From positions 62,496,001 to 62,560,000 of the forward strand of contig NC_135812.1 of NCBI RefSeq assembly GCF_964213995.1: 64,000 bases of DNA. Reading direction: 5' to 3'. The notes under the pieces are model-generated. The model was not told the origin of the DNA, searched no databases, and saw nothing but the letters and a program-made list of their open reading frames with translations. Position numbers and translations under genes: made by a program. Positions 13,125-25,038 of the stretch are shown here, piece after piece (the stretch's first letter is position 1; each line of letters opens with the position of its first letter). The DNA comes from Mustelus asterias. Its lineage: Eukaryota.

Positions 13125-13430
13125 TTTTTTTTATTCATTGGATCTGGACATCGCTGGCTGGGCCAGCATTTATTGCTCCATCTCTTACGGCGTTTAAGCG
13201 TCAGCCACATTGCTATGGATCTGGAGTCACATGTAGGCCAGACCAGGTAAGAGCAACAGATTTCCTTTCCTAAAAAACATGAGTGAACCAGATGGGTTTT
13301 TATGACAATTGACAATGGTTTCATGGTCATCACTAGATTTTTAATTCCAAATATTTTTTATTGAATTCAAATTTCACCATTGACCATGGTGGGTCTCTAG
13401 ATTACTAGTCCAATGACAATACTACCACAG
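13125..13430 (-). mobile_element. tRNA-derived SINE (head GTGGTAGTATTGTCATTGGACTAGTAATCTAGAGACC)
   Basis: A second diverged copy lies at ~22165-22395. The tail is shared with the LINE end at 11305 and 34845. Confidence 0.65.
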
Positions 13431-13681
13431 CTTCCCCATGTGAATAATTTGGCTGCAAAATTCAATCCCAAGCTTATTCTGAGAACAACACTAACCAAGG
13501 TGGACCAGCAGATAAAGGGTGTACTTAAAGCATGCTTTGGGGCATCTTGAAATACAGATTGTTTTGATTTTTCATGTGTTTTTGGGTTAGTTACATGACA
13601 GGATAGACAAACAACAAATGAACCATGTAAAGTGTTTTGCACTGTGTAAATAAATGAAAATTCACACAACGAAGGAAGTTA

Positions 13682-16100
13682 AAATCACAGAATTGTTATA
13701 GTGCAGAAAGAGGCCATTTGGCCCATCGTGTCTGAACTGGTTCTCCAAATGACCACTATTACTTAGTGCCATTCTCCTGCCTTTTGTGTACCCCTAAACA
13801 TACCTCCAGCAAGTTAGTTAAACATAATTACCCCTTTATAAATCCTGTGATGCTGGCTGTTCCTTATCAACCCACATTTTTCCATGTGACTACTAATTTA
13901 TCCTGAATAATTATTTCTAGAGCCTTCCCACAATCAAAATTAAACTGACTGGTCTGTAATTGCTGGGCTTATCCCTTTTTTGAACAAGGGTGTAATGTCT
14001 GCAATTCCTCAATCCTCTAGCCCTCAAGCTTAAGGAAGTCTGAAAGATTATGGCCAGCGCCCTGCAATTTCCACTCTCACTCCCTTCGATATCCTTGGAA
14101 GCATCTTATCTGGTCCCAATGCCTTGTCAACTTTAATTATCAACAGTCGATTCAACACTTCCTCCTTATGACAGAGTTCCTTCCTCTTGTCACCATGGCC
14201 TGGACAGCATCTACCCCCTTCATAAAGACAGATGCAAAGTATTCATTTAATACCACAGCCATGCCCCCAGCTTCCATGTGTAAATTTCTAGGTGCCTAAT
14301 CAGCCTTACTCTTCCTGTTACCCTTTTACTATTTATATACCGATAGAAGACTTTAGGATTCCCCTTTCTGACTGCCGGTCTTTTCTCATAATCCCTCTTT
14401 GCTTCTCTAATGTGCTCTCCTCTGAAACTTCTGTATTCCTCTAGGTTCTGAATTCTATTTTCTACCCGATATCTGTCTTAAACACCACTTCTTTTTTCTC
14501 TTAATTTTTATCTCCTTTTTTATCCAGAAGCTCTGGATTAGTTTGCCCTACATTCGCATTTTGAAGGATTATAGTTTGACTGTGCCCAAACCGCTTCTTT
14601 TTTGGATGTGGCCCATTGTTCAAATGCAGTTTTCCTGCCAACCTTCTGTTCCAGTCTATCCGGCCCAGCTCCATTCTTGCCGCTTTGAAGTCAGCTCTCC
14701 CCCTTTACTCTGGATTATCCATTGTACTTTTCTTTCATCATCTTAAACCTCACAACACAATGATCACTGTCTCCTAAATGTTCCCCCACTGACATTTGAT
14801 CTACTTGACCCACCTCATTTCCAAGAACCAGGTTCAACACTACACTTTCTTGTTGGACTGGACACATACTGCTATAGGAAATTCTCCTGAATACAATTTA
14901 AGAACTTTTGCCCCCTCTGCCCTTTGCACTATCACTGTCCCAGTCTACATTCGGGTAATTAAAGTCTCCCATTATAACTGCTCTATGATGTTTGTATCTC
15001 TGTAATTTCCTTGCAGATTTGTTCTTCACTAGTTGACGGTCTATAGATTACTCCGAGCAATGAAATTGCAGCCTTTTTGTTCCTTAGATTTAGCCAAATT
15101 GATTATGTCCTTGAACCCTGTGGGATATCCTTTTTCTCCAATGCTCTCCTTAACCAATACAAAACCCCTCCTCCTTTCTTTCCTTTCCTATCTGAACACC
15201 TTGTGCCCGGGAATATTTAACACCCAGTCCTACTCTTCCTTGAGCCAGGTCACTGTTATCACCTCAATACCATATTTCCACAGCACAATCTGCACCTGTA
15301 ACACCCCAATCTTATTTACTATACTCCATGCATTGACATACATGTAGTAACCCTCATTTAGTATCATTACTTTCTCCTCCCTTACTCTGGTTTCACCTAT
15401 TAACTTCTTATTCTCCATATTAGTGCTATCTGTCCATCCCAGTGTTTTGTGCATACTGGTATTCCTCTCTAATATTCTTAGTTCTCACACCCCTGCCAAG
15501 TTAGTGTAAAGCCCTTCCAACAGCACTAGCAAAACACTCAAAGAACTCAGTCCCAGCTCTGATCAGGTGCAACCTATCCGGCTTGTACAAGTATCATCTC
15601 CCCCCGAGCCAGTCCCAGTATCCCAGGAATCTAAAGCCCTCCCTCCTACACCATCTTTCCAGCCTCTCATTCATCTGCCTTATCCTCCTCTTTCTGTGCT
15701 TGCACGTGGCACTGGGAGTAATCTGGAGATTACTACATTTGAGGTTTACCTAGCCCTTTACATTCTGACTGCAGGACCCCACCCCCCCTTCCTAATTGAG
15801 TGATTGGTACCAATGTGGACCACGACCTCTGGTCAATCACCCTCTCCCAGAAGGATACTCTGCAATCCTGGAGTCATGTCTACAGATACAGAAATGTCTC
15901 TGCCTTCCTATTACTATTGCCCTTCCCTTCATCTTCCTCCCCTCTTGTACACCTCGTGGTGTCACCAGTCTGACTGCACTCCGAGGATCCAAAACCCTCA
16001 CCAGCTTCCAAAATGGAAAACCAATTTCTAAGCGGGACCTCAGGAAGACTCCTGCCCTATTTGCCCGGTTCTCTTGGATTGCCTGGTGGTCACCCATTCC
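13682..16100 (-). mobile_element. Old CR1 LINE with large internal deletion (tail, linker/endonuclease, ORF1 region)
   Basis: ORF fragments YVNAWSIVNKIGVL..ITVTWL (APE start) and KGRAIVIG..RHFC (ORF1 esterase-like region). Confidence 0.8.
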
Positions 16101-16399
16101 CTTTGAAAGAATTAACTATTCTCAATGTTGAAAGGCACAATTTAAAGAGAATATAATTTAAGGATTTAGAAAACAGTTGAGAACATCTAATATAAATTAT
16201 GCTGAAATTTTAGAATAGAATGGTTAGAATTAATTTGGAGTACAAGCTACAACCCTGATCAGGAGCAAAGATTGGAAAACAGGCAGGGGAAAGTACAAAT
16301 AGTCTCAAGAATAATGGAGATGAGCTTTGAGGATATTTTACTGATTTTGTGTCTAGAAAAAAAGGCTATGGTTTGTTATTTTAATTGAGTATTAAATTT

Positions 16400-16820
16400 T
16401 GGGGAGGTCTTGTGTGCAGTAGGTAGTGCCCTTACCTCTGGGCCAGAAGCTCTGGGTACAAGTCCCACTTTGGGACTTGATGGCCACAGAAGGTGCCTTC
16501 ATAATGTGGCCAGATTGAGCTTCTGGCCCAGAGGTAGGGGCACTACCCACAAGACCTCCCCAAAATTTAATACTCAATTAAAATAACAAACAATAGCCTT
16601 TTTTTCTAGACACAAAATCAGATTGATTTTCAGCTAGTAAATCCTCCCAAAATGCCTAATGACAGACAGTAAAGAGTGGGAGAGTTTCCTGGCCAGCCAT
16701 ACTGCAAAAGGCAATGGCAAACCACAGCAGTGCTTTGCCAAGCATAATGATGGACCAATCCAACGAAAGTCCATGGTCACCAACACCCACTTAGGCCGTG
16801 GCAGCTGAAGGAAATGGGGG
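16400..16820 (+). mobile_element. tRNA-headed SINE with RTE-type tail, interrupted by an inverted duplication
   Basis: Head GTAGGTAGTGCCCTTACCTCTGGGCCAGAAGCTCTGGGTACAAGTCCCAC. Tail GGCAATGGCAAACCAC..TTTGCCAAG resembles RTE/BovB-derived SINE tails. Confidence 0.55.
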
Positions 16821-17533
16821 ATTTAACTTAACAGTTGAGGTGAACCTTCATATAACGTGAAGATAAATCAGACAGCCGGACCACAGAACAGCAAAGGGTC
16901 ATAAAATATTTAATATAAATCGACTGAACAAGCTGGCAAAGTAGAATGTATTAGGGTAGTCTAAAACGCAGTTGAACAGAAAGCTGGAGGATCTAAGAGT
17001 ACTTAAAGAAATGTGCTCAATGACCTTTTGTCATCCTGACCTTTTTCTTGTGTTTTTTTAATTAGTCACATCAATGTCATCAATGTGTGCATCTCCACTG
17101 ATAGCCCTGCTTGCAATGTGACGGGCTTCTTTCTCCCATTACAGCAGTATACCAAATGGAGGAAACATTAATTCACTTCAAATTACACAACCAGTTGGGC
17201 AACCTACTCCTACGTGACAGTCTCCCTGATAATCCTGTTTCTCTCACCAACATATTTCTTTTTGTTGCCAACAGCCCTTAGGAATGTGATCTGGATGTTT
17301 AATTGGTGCTCCCAATGCTGTGGAACATGAGCCCTGCTTGGTAACATTAAACCCCATGCTCGCAACTCGAAAACAAGTCAATTTGTTCAAAGGTAAACGA
17401 TCACATCAAATAAAAGCTCACCAGCCAAAAAAATCTAGTCAGATATGGTAAGCAATTTGGTTAAATCCTTTAATATTAATAATCAGCCGAAAAGAAGCAG
17501 ACCCGAGTTAGTTCCTATACCTGTATTAGTCAT

Positions 17534-17693
17534 AGTAAGAAATCTCACAACACCAGGTTAAAGTCCAACAGGTTTCACCTGATGAAGAAGCAGCGCCTCG
17601 AAAGCTCGTGATTCCAAATTAACCTGTTTTAACCTGGTGTTGTGAGGTTTCTTATTGTGCTCACCCCAGTCCAATGCCGACATCTCCACATCA
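17534..17693 (+). mobile_element. Short Penelope-like element end with inverted 5' arm and 12 bp TSD
   Basis: TSD TGTATTAGTCAT at 17522-17533 and 17694-17705. Arm 17534-17574 is the reverse complement of the downstream AACCTG..CTTA segment. Confidence 0.85.
17576..17610 (+). ncRNA. Minimal hammerhead ribozyme motif (PLE-associated, degenerate stem II)
   Basis: CAC-CTGATGA-AGAAGCAGCGCCTC-GAAA-GC-TC-GTG. Confidence 0.65.
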
Positions 17694-17882
17694 TGTATTA
17701 GTCATCCCACCCCAGCAACACATTGGGAATATCCTTTATTAAAAACCCAAAAGGGATAGACAAGGCAATCATTGCCTTACTACAGCATTAGCTAACCAAT
17801 AAGTGCCATATAGTTAATCTCCATTACTTTTCAAATGTACCAGGGTTGCTTTTAATTCAACACCTCAATTTTAGAAATGAGG

Positions 17883-18450
17883 TTTCTTTTTATTTCAAAA
17901 ACATACTTTATTCACAAAAAAAAACTTTCAAATAAGACATTTCAAACGACAGATCCAATAGTTACAAACCGTCCAATAAATGAATCATTTTTACCCTACA
18001 GTACAGTGCTTATTTACAAAAAACATTACATTCATTACATTTCATTCCTTAAAACTATGTACATACATCATCCGAGCTTACTGTGTGCTTTCAGATTGGC
18101 ACACAGTTACGCAGGCCGAGGGTATTCTGCAGTTACCCGGCCCTCAGTCTGCCTCGGTTGAGACGCTTTACACGGTGGCCTTTCCCCATTGTGCCTTTGC
18201 GGCGGCTGCCCCAAGCTTGAGCGCGTCCCTGAGCACGTAGTCCAAGACCTTGGAATGTGCCAGTCTGCAACACTCGGTCGAAGACAATTCTTTCAGCTGG
18301 AAGATCAGCAAGTTTCGGGCGGACCAAAGCGCGTCCTTCACCGAATTGATGACCCTCCAGCAGCAGTTGATATTTGTCTCGGTGTGCGTCCCCGGAAACA
18401 GCCCGTAGAGCACAGAGTCCTGCGTCACCGAGCTGCTCGGGACGAACCGC
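17883..18450 (-). mobile_element. Tx1-clade LINE 3' end (ORF2 C-terminus and 3'UTR)
   Basis: ORF 18168..18527: SVLYGLFPG..CWRVINSVKDALWSARNLLIF..CCRLAHSKVLDYVLRD..QWGK. AATAAA-containing A-rich end near 17890. Confidence 0.8.
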
Positions 18451-19173
18451 AACAAATACCAATGAGGTTTTTTTTGTGGAATCCAATCAAATATCTGCTG
18501 AAAATCCTGATGTAGCACTGCCAACATTTTCAGGTGTTAAGCTACATCAGTCACATCTTTAAGTGGACCTCTTATCCCTTATGATCTGGGGTGCACCTTT
18601 TGCCACCTAGCAGAAAATAAAGTGATAGCATAGCCTGGAATTGTAAAATTGACACTTGCTGTAGGCATCAGCTACTTAAACACTGCACGTGCTGCATGGC
18701 TGTTCTCTTTTCACAGAAGATGAGGCACAACTCAGCAACCGAGCAAGTTTCTGGTTTCTTTTATGTGAAAAGAATTAGGAATTCTCATTGTAATCTTCTT
18801 CATTTGATGCTTGTGTTCTGAAAAAAACAAGAATATGGCCTACCTGATGTCAGATTCACTTTCAATCCAGGTATTGCTGAACTGGCTGCTGGGTTCACTT
18901 TCCCATCTTGTGAATGTTTGTCAGAGTGAAGTGGGTGTATTGAATCTCCATTTTAAAGCAGATTAGCATATTCAAAAATAATCACACTTCATTTTGCAAC
19001 TGGTAAGAATACTGAGCATTGAATACGCTCAGAAAATCCAAAACAAAATCTTTCAGGCATTAGGACCTTGAGTGCCTCAGGTTATTTTTGGTCCTATTTG
19101 CTAATTTTCCCCTTTCATCTTGTTCGGCTGCTGAGAGTTTTTTGGCAGTACAGCATTTTTGGCAGTACAGTAG

Positions 19174-19632
19174 AGTCACGGGCATTCGGCCTCTGATATT
19201 CGGGTAAGCATTCTCCAAGGCAGCCTTCACGACACACGACGGCGCAGAGTAGAAACTGATAGCCAAGTTCCGCACACACGAGGACGGCCTCAACTGGGAT
19301 ATTGGGTTCATGTCACACTATTTGTAACCCCCACAGCCTGCCTGGAACTGCAGAGTTTCACTGGCTGTCTTGTCTGGAGACAATACACATCTTTTTAGCC
19401 TGTCTTGATGCTCTCTCCACTCACGTTGTTTGTATCTTAAAGACTTGATTAGTTGTAAGTATTCGCATTCCAACCATTATTCATGTAAATTGAGTCTGTG
19501 TCTTTATATGCCCTGTTTGTGAACAGAATTCCCACTCACCTGAAGAAGGGGCTTGGAGCTCCGAAAGCTTGTGTGGCTTTTGCTACCAAATAAACCTGTT
19601 GGACTTTAACCTGGTGTTGTTAAACTTCTTAC
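19174..19632 (+). mobile_element. Penelope-like element 3' end (GIY-YIG C-terminus, 3'UTR, hammerhead), lacking the terminal tail
   Basis: Encodes GHSASDIRVSILQG and KLIAKFRTHEDGLNWDIGFMSHYL*. Nearly identical to 45049-45499. Confidence 0.9.
19532..19576 (+). ncRNA. Minimal hammerhead ribozyme motif, intact core
   Basis: CCACTCAC-CTGAAGA-A-GGGGCT-TGG-AGCTCC-GAAA-GC-TT-GTGTGG. Confidence 0.75.
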
Positions 19633-19949
19633 GGAGTTTTTTGTGCCAGTTATTAATTCATTTTTTGATCCCAGTTCCCTTTTCTGGCACCTTTGGATTT
19701 ACTAAAAAGAATCTTCACTGCTGTCACCTTTACAAGAGAATCTGCAAAGCAATGCAGGGAGTTTCAATGCTCATAGACACTTGATGCCTCTCTGTCATCT
19801 CTTGCAGTTTTGCATCTGCTGAAAGGTAGCTTTTTCATGTTTTAGCACAGGGTCTTGCTAGGGACTCGTATCGTCAAAGAAAACTTTCTTTTAAGCTCAA
19901 TCGCCCCTTCAACCACCTGCTACTGAAACAATTCTCCATACTTTTTGTT

Positions 19950-20400
19950 ATATTTCCTCTAGACTCAACCATTCCAAAACTTGTATTTTCCACCATCAAT
20001 AAACATCAGCCCATCTAAAGCTTTGCTGCCCCCATCCGGATTTGCACCAAGTCCCGCTCCCCGCTGTTTGCTGGTCTACACAATGACTCCTGGTCATTTG
20101 AATGCTTCAAATTTAAAATTCTTATTTTTGCATTCAAATCACTCCTATCTCCCATAGCCTTACAACCTAAAAACACAATGCTTCTTAAATTCTGCCCTCT
20201 TGTGAATCCCCTCCACTGGCGATTCTACCTTCAGTTGTATTAGGTTTTTAGCTTCAGAATTCCCTCTCTAAACCTCTCTACATTTCTTCTTTGGAATATT
20301 CTTTAAAACTTAACACCCTGACCGAGCCTTCAGTCACCACCCTAATATCTCAAAAGTAGCTGTGTTGAATTCTAACACCCCTGTGAAATAAATCCCTTGG
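19950..20400 (+). mobile_element. Degenerate L2 3' region
   Basis: ACCAAGTCCCGCTCCC..TTTAAAATTCTTATT..ACCTTCAGTTG..GAATTCCCTCTCTAAACCTCTC, similar to 26400-26770. Confidence 0.55.
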
Positions 20401-21194
20401 GATTCTTAAAATTATTACAATACAGGTGCTAGATTATTCAAAGTATTTGGATGCCCCACTGTTATGTTGGGTTTCTTTTGGAAGCAATCCAATTTACTTG
20501 GTACTGTTTAAAAGGTGCACCAGGGCAATCAACAGCTAATAATAGCAGCAATCATTTCTGCCGGCCCTGGTCGACTTAATGGCTACGAGGAGCTGTAATC
20601 TCAGGGTCTGAGACGACAAGGAAGCAGATGCTGAATAGTGTAATCTACTACAAGACCATGTGAAGCTGCTGTACTGCCAAACACTGGCACAGGTACGAAC
20701 GTAATGGTTAGTGTTGGCCTTAATGACTACTTCTCATAAATACTGTTCCTGCAATGGCATGGAACACTTCATGAATCATATTTTTAGCCAACAGGGCGCT
20801 GAGAGCTGCTCGACTCAGCTACATGCCTGCATTTAATGTTCCATGTCCCTTCAATTTTCACCCCTCACTTCACGTATCAGGACATAGGTCCACAGACCCA
20901 AATTGGTCAATAACAGCATTTCATGTTGTTAGCCACATTGGGGATGTAATCCTTTGCCTGGGCTTCCTTAGTTGAAATGGTCAGATTAAATATAGGGGTT
21001 GGGTTGAAGATCAACTCTTCCTCAACCCTAAGTGCAGCCAAAACTCGAGGCAAATTCTAAAAAGGAAGTTCAGTCCAGCCCCATGCTTTGTCCTTCGGCA
21101 CTGTGCACTGGGCACTGTGCGAAAGAGTCCAGTGGTATTGTGTTCTCTTTTCCATTTCTCTTTTCTGGAGGCAGTAAAGGAAAGTTTCCCTATT

Positions 21195-21500
21195 GATCCC
21201 TGGGCTGACAGGGTTATCCTAGAGGCTGGGTGAATTGGGTCTAGATTCTGTTTTTTTTAGAAGAATTAGAGGTGATTTCATTGAAACATACATGATTCTG
21301 AAGGAGCTTGACAGAGTAGACACAGAGGTTGTTTCCCCTGTTTGAGGAATCTAGTCACTGGAGTACAGTCCTAAGATAAGGTAGTGATCATTTAGGACTG
21401 AGATGGAGAGATTTTGTCACTTAAAGGGTTGCAAATCTTTGGAATTCCCCGGAGGGTTATGAATGCTCCATTATGGAGAACATTTAAGGCTGAGATAGAT
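21195..21500 (+). mobile_element. Degenerate CR1 3' fragment
   Basis: TTTAGAAGAATTAGAGGTGATTTCATTGAAACATAC..TTTAGGACTGAGATG. Confidence 0.7.
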
Positions 21501-21859
21501 GATTGAGCTTGAAAGTGACAATGGCACACATGAGGATTTCAAGAACAGATGGACAGAAGCAGCAGGTGGTCTAGAACTACACCCTGATGTTTAAGTTGCT
21601 ATATACTGGCCAAACACATTCTCCTGAATGCACCATAAGCATTTTATTCCCTTCATTCCTCTCGCACTGAACTATTCTAGTTAACATTGGGGTAGTTAGT
21701 CTCCTATTACTGCCATGTTTTTGCACTTTTCAATAATTTGCCTACATATTTACTCTATCGCCTCTGACTTTTTTTGGGGGCGGGGTGGGGGTGGTGGATC
21801 CACGGTACATTCCCAGTCGTGTGACTGCCCCTTTTCTGTTCTGAAGCTCTAACCATATC

Positions 21860-22040
21860 CAGTTTCCCCTCAGTCCAAAAACATTCAGATTAGGTGAATT
21901 GGCCATAAATAATTGTCCCTTAGTGTCGGCGGATTAGCAGGGTAATTACATGGGGTTACAGGGATAGAGCCTCAGTGGGATTGTTGGCAATTCAGACTTG
22001 ATGGGCCAAATGCCCACCTCCTGCCCTGTAGGGATTCTAT
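21860..22040 (+). mobile_element. 5'-truncated HE1/V-SINE
   Basis: CAGTCCAAA..TTGGCCAT..GATGGGCCAAATG..GTAGGGATTCTAT. Confidence 0.75.
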
Positions 22041-22164
22041 AATGTGACCACAATTGATCCTTCTAACATTTCATCCTTCCACATTGCTTCTTTAACCAAA
22101 ACTGCCAACCACCCCTCCCTTTTCATCCCCCTCGCAATCCTTTGAATCTAGATTCACAATAGGG

Positions 22165-22395
22165 CAGACGAGGTAAGGATGGCAGATTTCCTTCCGCAAA
22201 GGCCATCAGTGAGCCAGATTTTTTTAAAAATGGCAAGCCAATGGTCTTAATGAGACTAGCTTTTTATTCTTGATTTATTGAATGAATTTAATTTAAATTC
22301 CCCAGCTGCTGTAGTGAGATTTAAACCCCATTTGGATCATTTGTCTTGACCTCTGGATTACTAGTCCAGTAACATAACCACTATGCTACTGCATC
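22165..22395 (-). mobile_element. tRNA-derived SINE fragment (same family as 13125)
   Basis: GGTAAGGATGGCAGATTTCCTTCC..CTCTGGATTACTAGTCCAGTAACATAACCAC. Confidence 0.6.
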
Positions 22396-23024
22396 CATTT
22401 GCAGCTTGATCAACAGTAAGATTGAATATCAGAGAAGAGTGGTGGAGGCGGATGCAGCAATGGGAGAAGCACAAGATTGTTCCGGACGGATGCATAAGGA
22501 TACATCCACCTCTGTCAAACAGCATAATGAGTAGCAGTCAACTCAAGAAATGCCCAAGAGATCATAGAAGTAACTCCATTAGGATTATGTCAGCAACCCT
22601 ATGCTTTCAGTGACCACTTCAGCTCAACAGTGATTTTCCAGCGTTGTTCCCATTGAGCCAGGAACCCCATCCGGAAGAGTAGGATTACCAAATTCCTACT
22701 GACATTTTTTTGAACATATTCTAATTCCTGTTTCAGTAATATTTCAAAGCTAACAGATAACAAATCAATGACAAAAGATATGTCACGGGAGGAAAATGAG
22801 GGTTGTAAGATTTATTCTCCCACGCCCTCCAGAGAAATGTGTGCAACAGTGATACATGTATCCCACTTTACATTCAAATTTAGATCCATGGGGTGAAAGA
22901 ACAGTGCATGGTCCCAAAATGACACTAAATTTTGCTAAATGAATAATTAATCCCTTCTAACTTGAGTGTTTTGTTCTGTACACTAGCCATTTTTAATGCA
23001 GATGGATGCTCACAAACAACATTC

Positions 23025-24742
23025 AGACCTGGTGCAAAAATATTTTATTGCTAACATATGCAAAGTTAGGTGGTGTGGTATTTACTGTGTATTTACAATC
23101 ACAGACAGCAGTTTTTATTACTGGGAAGGGGAGCAAATTCAGCACATTTAAATAAATACAGGGGCCTGCCAGTGGCAGAAGCAACAAAGCTACCAATATC
23201 CCCTTCGCACTCTCTCTCACACACAGCAAGATGATACCCTTTCTGCACATACAGGGGGAAAAAAAAAGTACCAATGTCTTTAGATCCTAGAGTTTATTGT
23301 TTTTTATTTTCTGAGAAACAGTATCCCTTTGGTGGGCTAGCGAGACTGAAATATGAAATTATCAATCAAAACGACACAAACACACTCCTTCACATCACTC
23401 CGGCTTGTCGTTTTCAAGGTAGTGTAAGCACATTTACTCAAACAACATGCCATTAGTACCATGTAAATCAGTTACAGTTATTTGCATTTTATCTGCCGTG
23501 GATTCTTCTTTGAAGTGCTGGCAGCTGTCAAAAAGGCTGAACTTGAAGAGGTCCATTTTTTTTTGTTCATGTTTTCCCTACAATATTAAACTGTAACTGC
23601 GCAAATGGTCAAATTACAACCTGCCCACTGTCATCCGGTGGTCGCTCAGTTGTTTTCCAATGCCATTACTTCACTTGAACTTTACAAAAAGTCACTTGAT
23701 TAATACACAAAATGCAATATAGGGTCTTGGTGAAATTATTCTGCACAGGAACGACCAACAGTGCCAGAGTAACAAGGAATAGCAAGTGCTCACCAAAAGA
23801 TAGATTAGTTAGGCTTTTGGTTCAAAATTAGAATATAGGTTAGTGTCAATGAAAGATTAACGGTACGAGTTGCTTGTTTATACTGGTCATATTCTGGCAG
23901 TTCCTTTAAAATTCTCAGTCCACAGAATCACTTTAGTACAGATATATGTTCCTCACTGGCAGCTGTAGAAACGGCATGTATAACAGTATCAAAATGAATA
24001 AAGCTTCAAAACCACTGCCAACCTTATCTAAAATTTGTTTTAAAAGTTCCAAAGTTTAGTTACAGCCCTAGTTAATGGGCTTACAAAAAAAAACGCAAAA
24101 CCGAATCATGGAAGGTTGTGAGAATTTTAATAAGATTTGTTTTGTGTGGGAAGGGATGGGGAGATGGGGGGGCGGAGAGAGAGAGTGTATTTTGCAGACT
24201 GGTAAAATGGGACACTGTCTCTTACTTGTACCTTCTGGTCCAATATTCAACATCCAGATCAAGCTTCAACTTTCAGTCCAATAAACAAAATTGAAAATAC
24301 ACAAGCATCCCCCTCTCTTGTGGTTATATACAAGTAGTGTCTTTCATTTTTTTCCTAAAAAGGATTCCCCATTTGTTTACACAGTAGCTTATACAGCAGT
24401 GTATATAAATCAGCTTTACAGACTTTGTGAGGGACAGCAAGAACCCCAAACATCAAAACAAAGAAGCGAATCCCTATATAGTATTTACAGTCAGAGATTG
24501 CAATCAGACTAATCGCAGCATCTGCAGTGCATGGAGCTCAAAGTAAATGCTAGAACTTTACAATAATAATCTAGGGGAAATTAGGTGCGTGTGGGATGTG
24601 TGAGTGTATGTGTATGTGTGTTTTTAAATACAGCTTGTTTTTCACAGCTGCAGCAACCCCAAAGCTCACATCAAGAGGTCATCTTTGAGCTGTGATTTCC
24701 TGCAGGGGCACGATGCTCGTCTCATACATGCAAAAGGAGCTC
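23025..24742 (-). other. Putative 3'UTR of the MPRIP-like gene
   Basis: Follows the stop at 24743, is free of recognisable repeats, and ends at a polyA signal with a downstream GT-rich element. Confidence 0.65.
23044..23049 (-). terminator. Polyadenylation signal AATAAA
   Basis: Minus-strand AATAAA followed ~25-40 nt later by GAATGTTGTTTGTG. A second AATAAA lies at ~23114-23119. Confidence 0.6.
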
Positions 24743-24814
24743 TTAAAATTCTTTTGTCTCCTTATTTTCAAATAGATGAAACCTCTGTTGAACAGTAAGT
24801 CCTTCTTTGAGACT
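24743..24814 (-). CDS. MPRIP: MPRIP-family protein, terminal coding exon (SLKEGLTVQQRFHLFENKETKEF*)
   Basis: Acceptor ..ctttcacag|AGT, 72 nt ending in TAA. Resembles the human MPRIP C-terminus SLKEGLTVQERLKLFES. Orthologue vs paralogue is unresolved. Confidence 0.9.
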   Translation of the reverse strand, partial: SLKEGLTVQQRFHLFENKETKEF

Positions 24815-25038
24815 CTGTGAAAGGAAGGCAGGAAAAATGACCATCAGTGCAGCACGCAATCAGATCAAGGCATAAAACTGGTAACTTTCTTACCAGTATT
24901 CAATTACACTTGCCTAGTAACAGGATTCGAGGTAGACAAAAATCAAAAATTTAAAGCTTAGTCAATAATTTTCTATAAAATGCTAAAGATTCTTTATAGC
25001 TGTACTTGTTCTTGCCAGTAATCACAGTTAACTAACTA

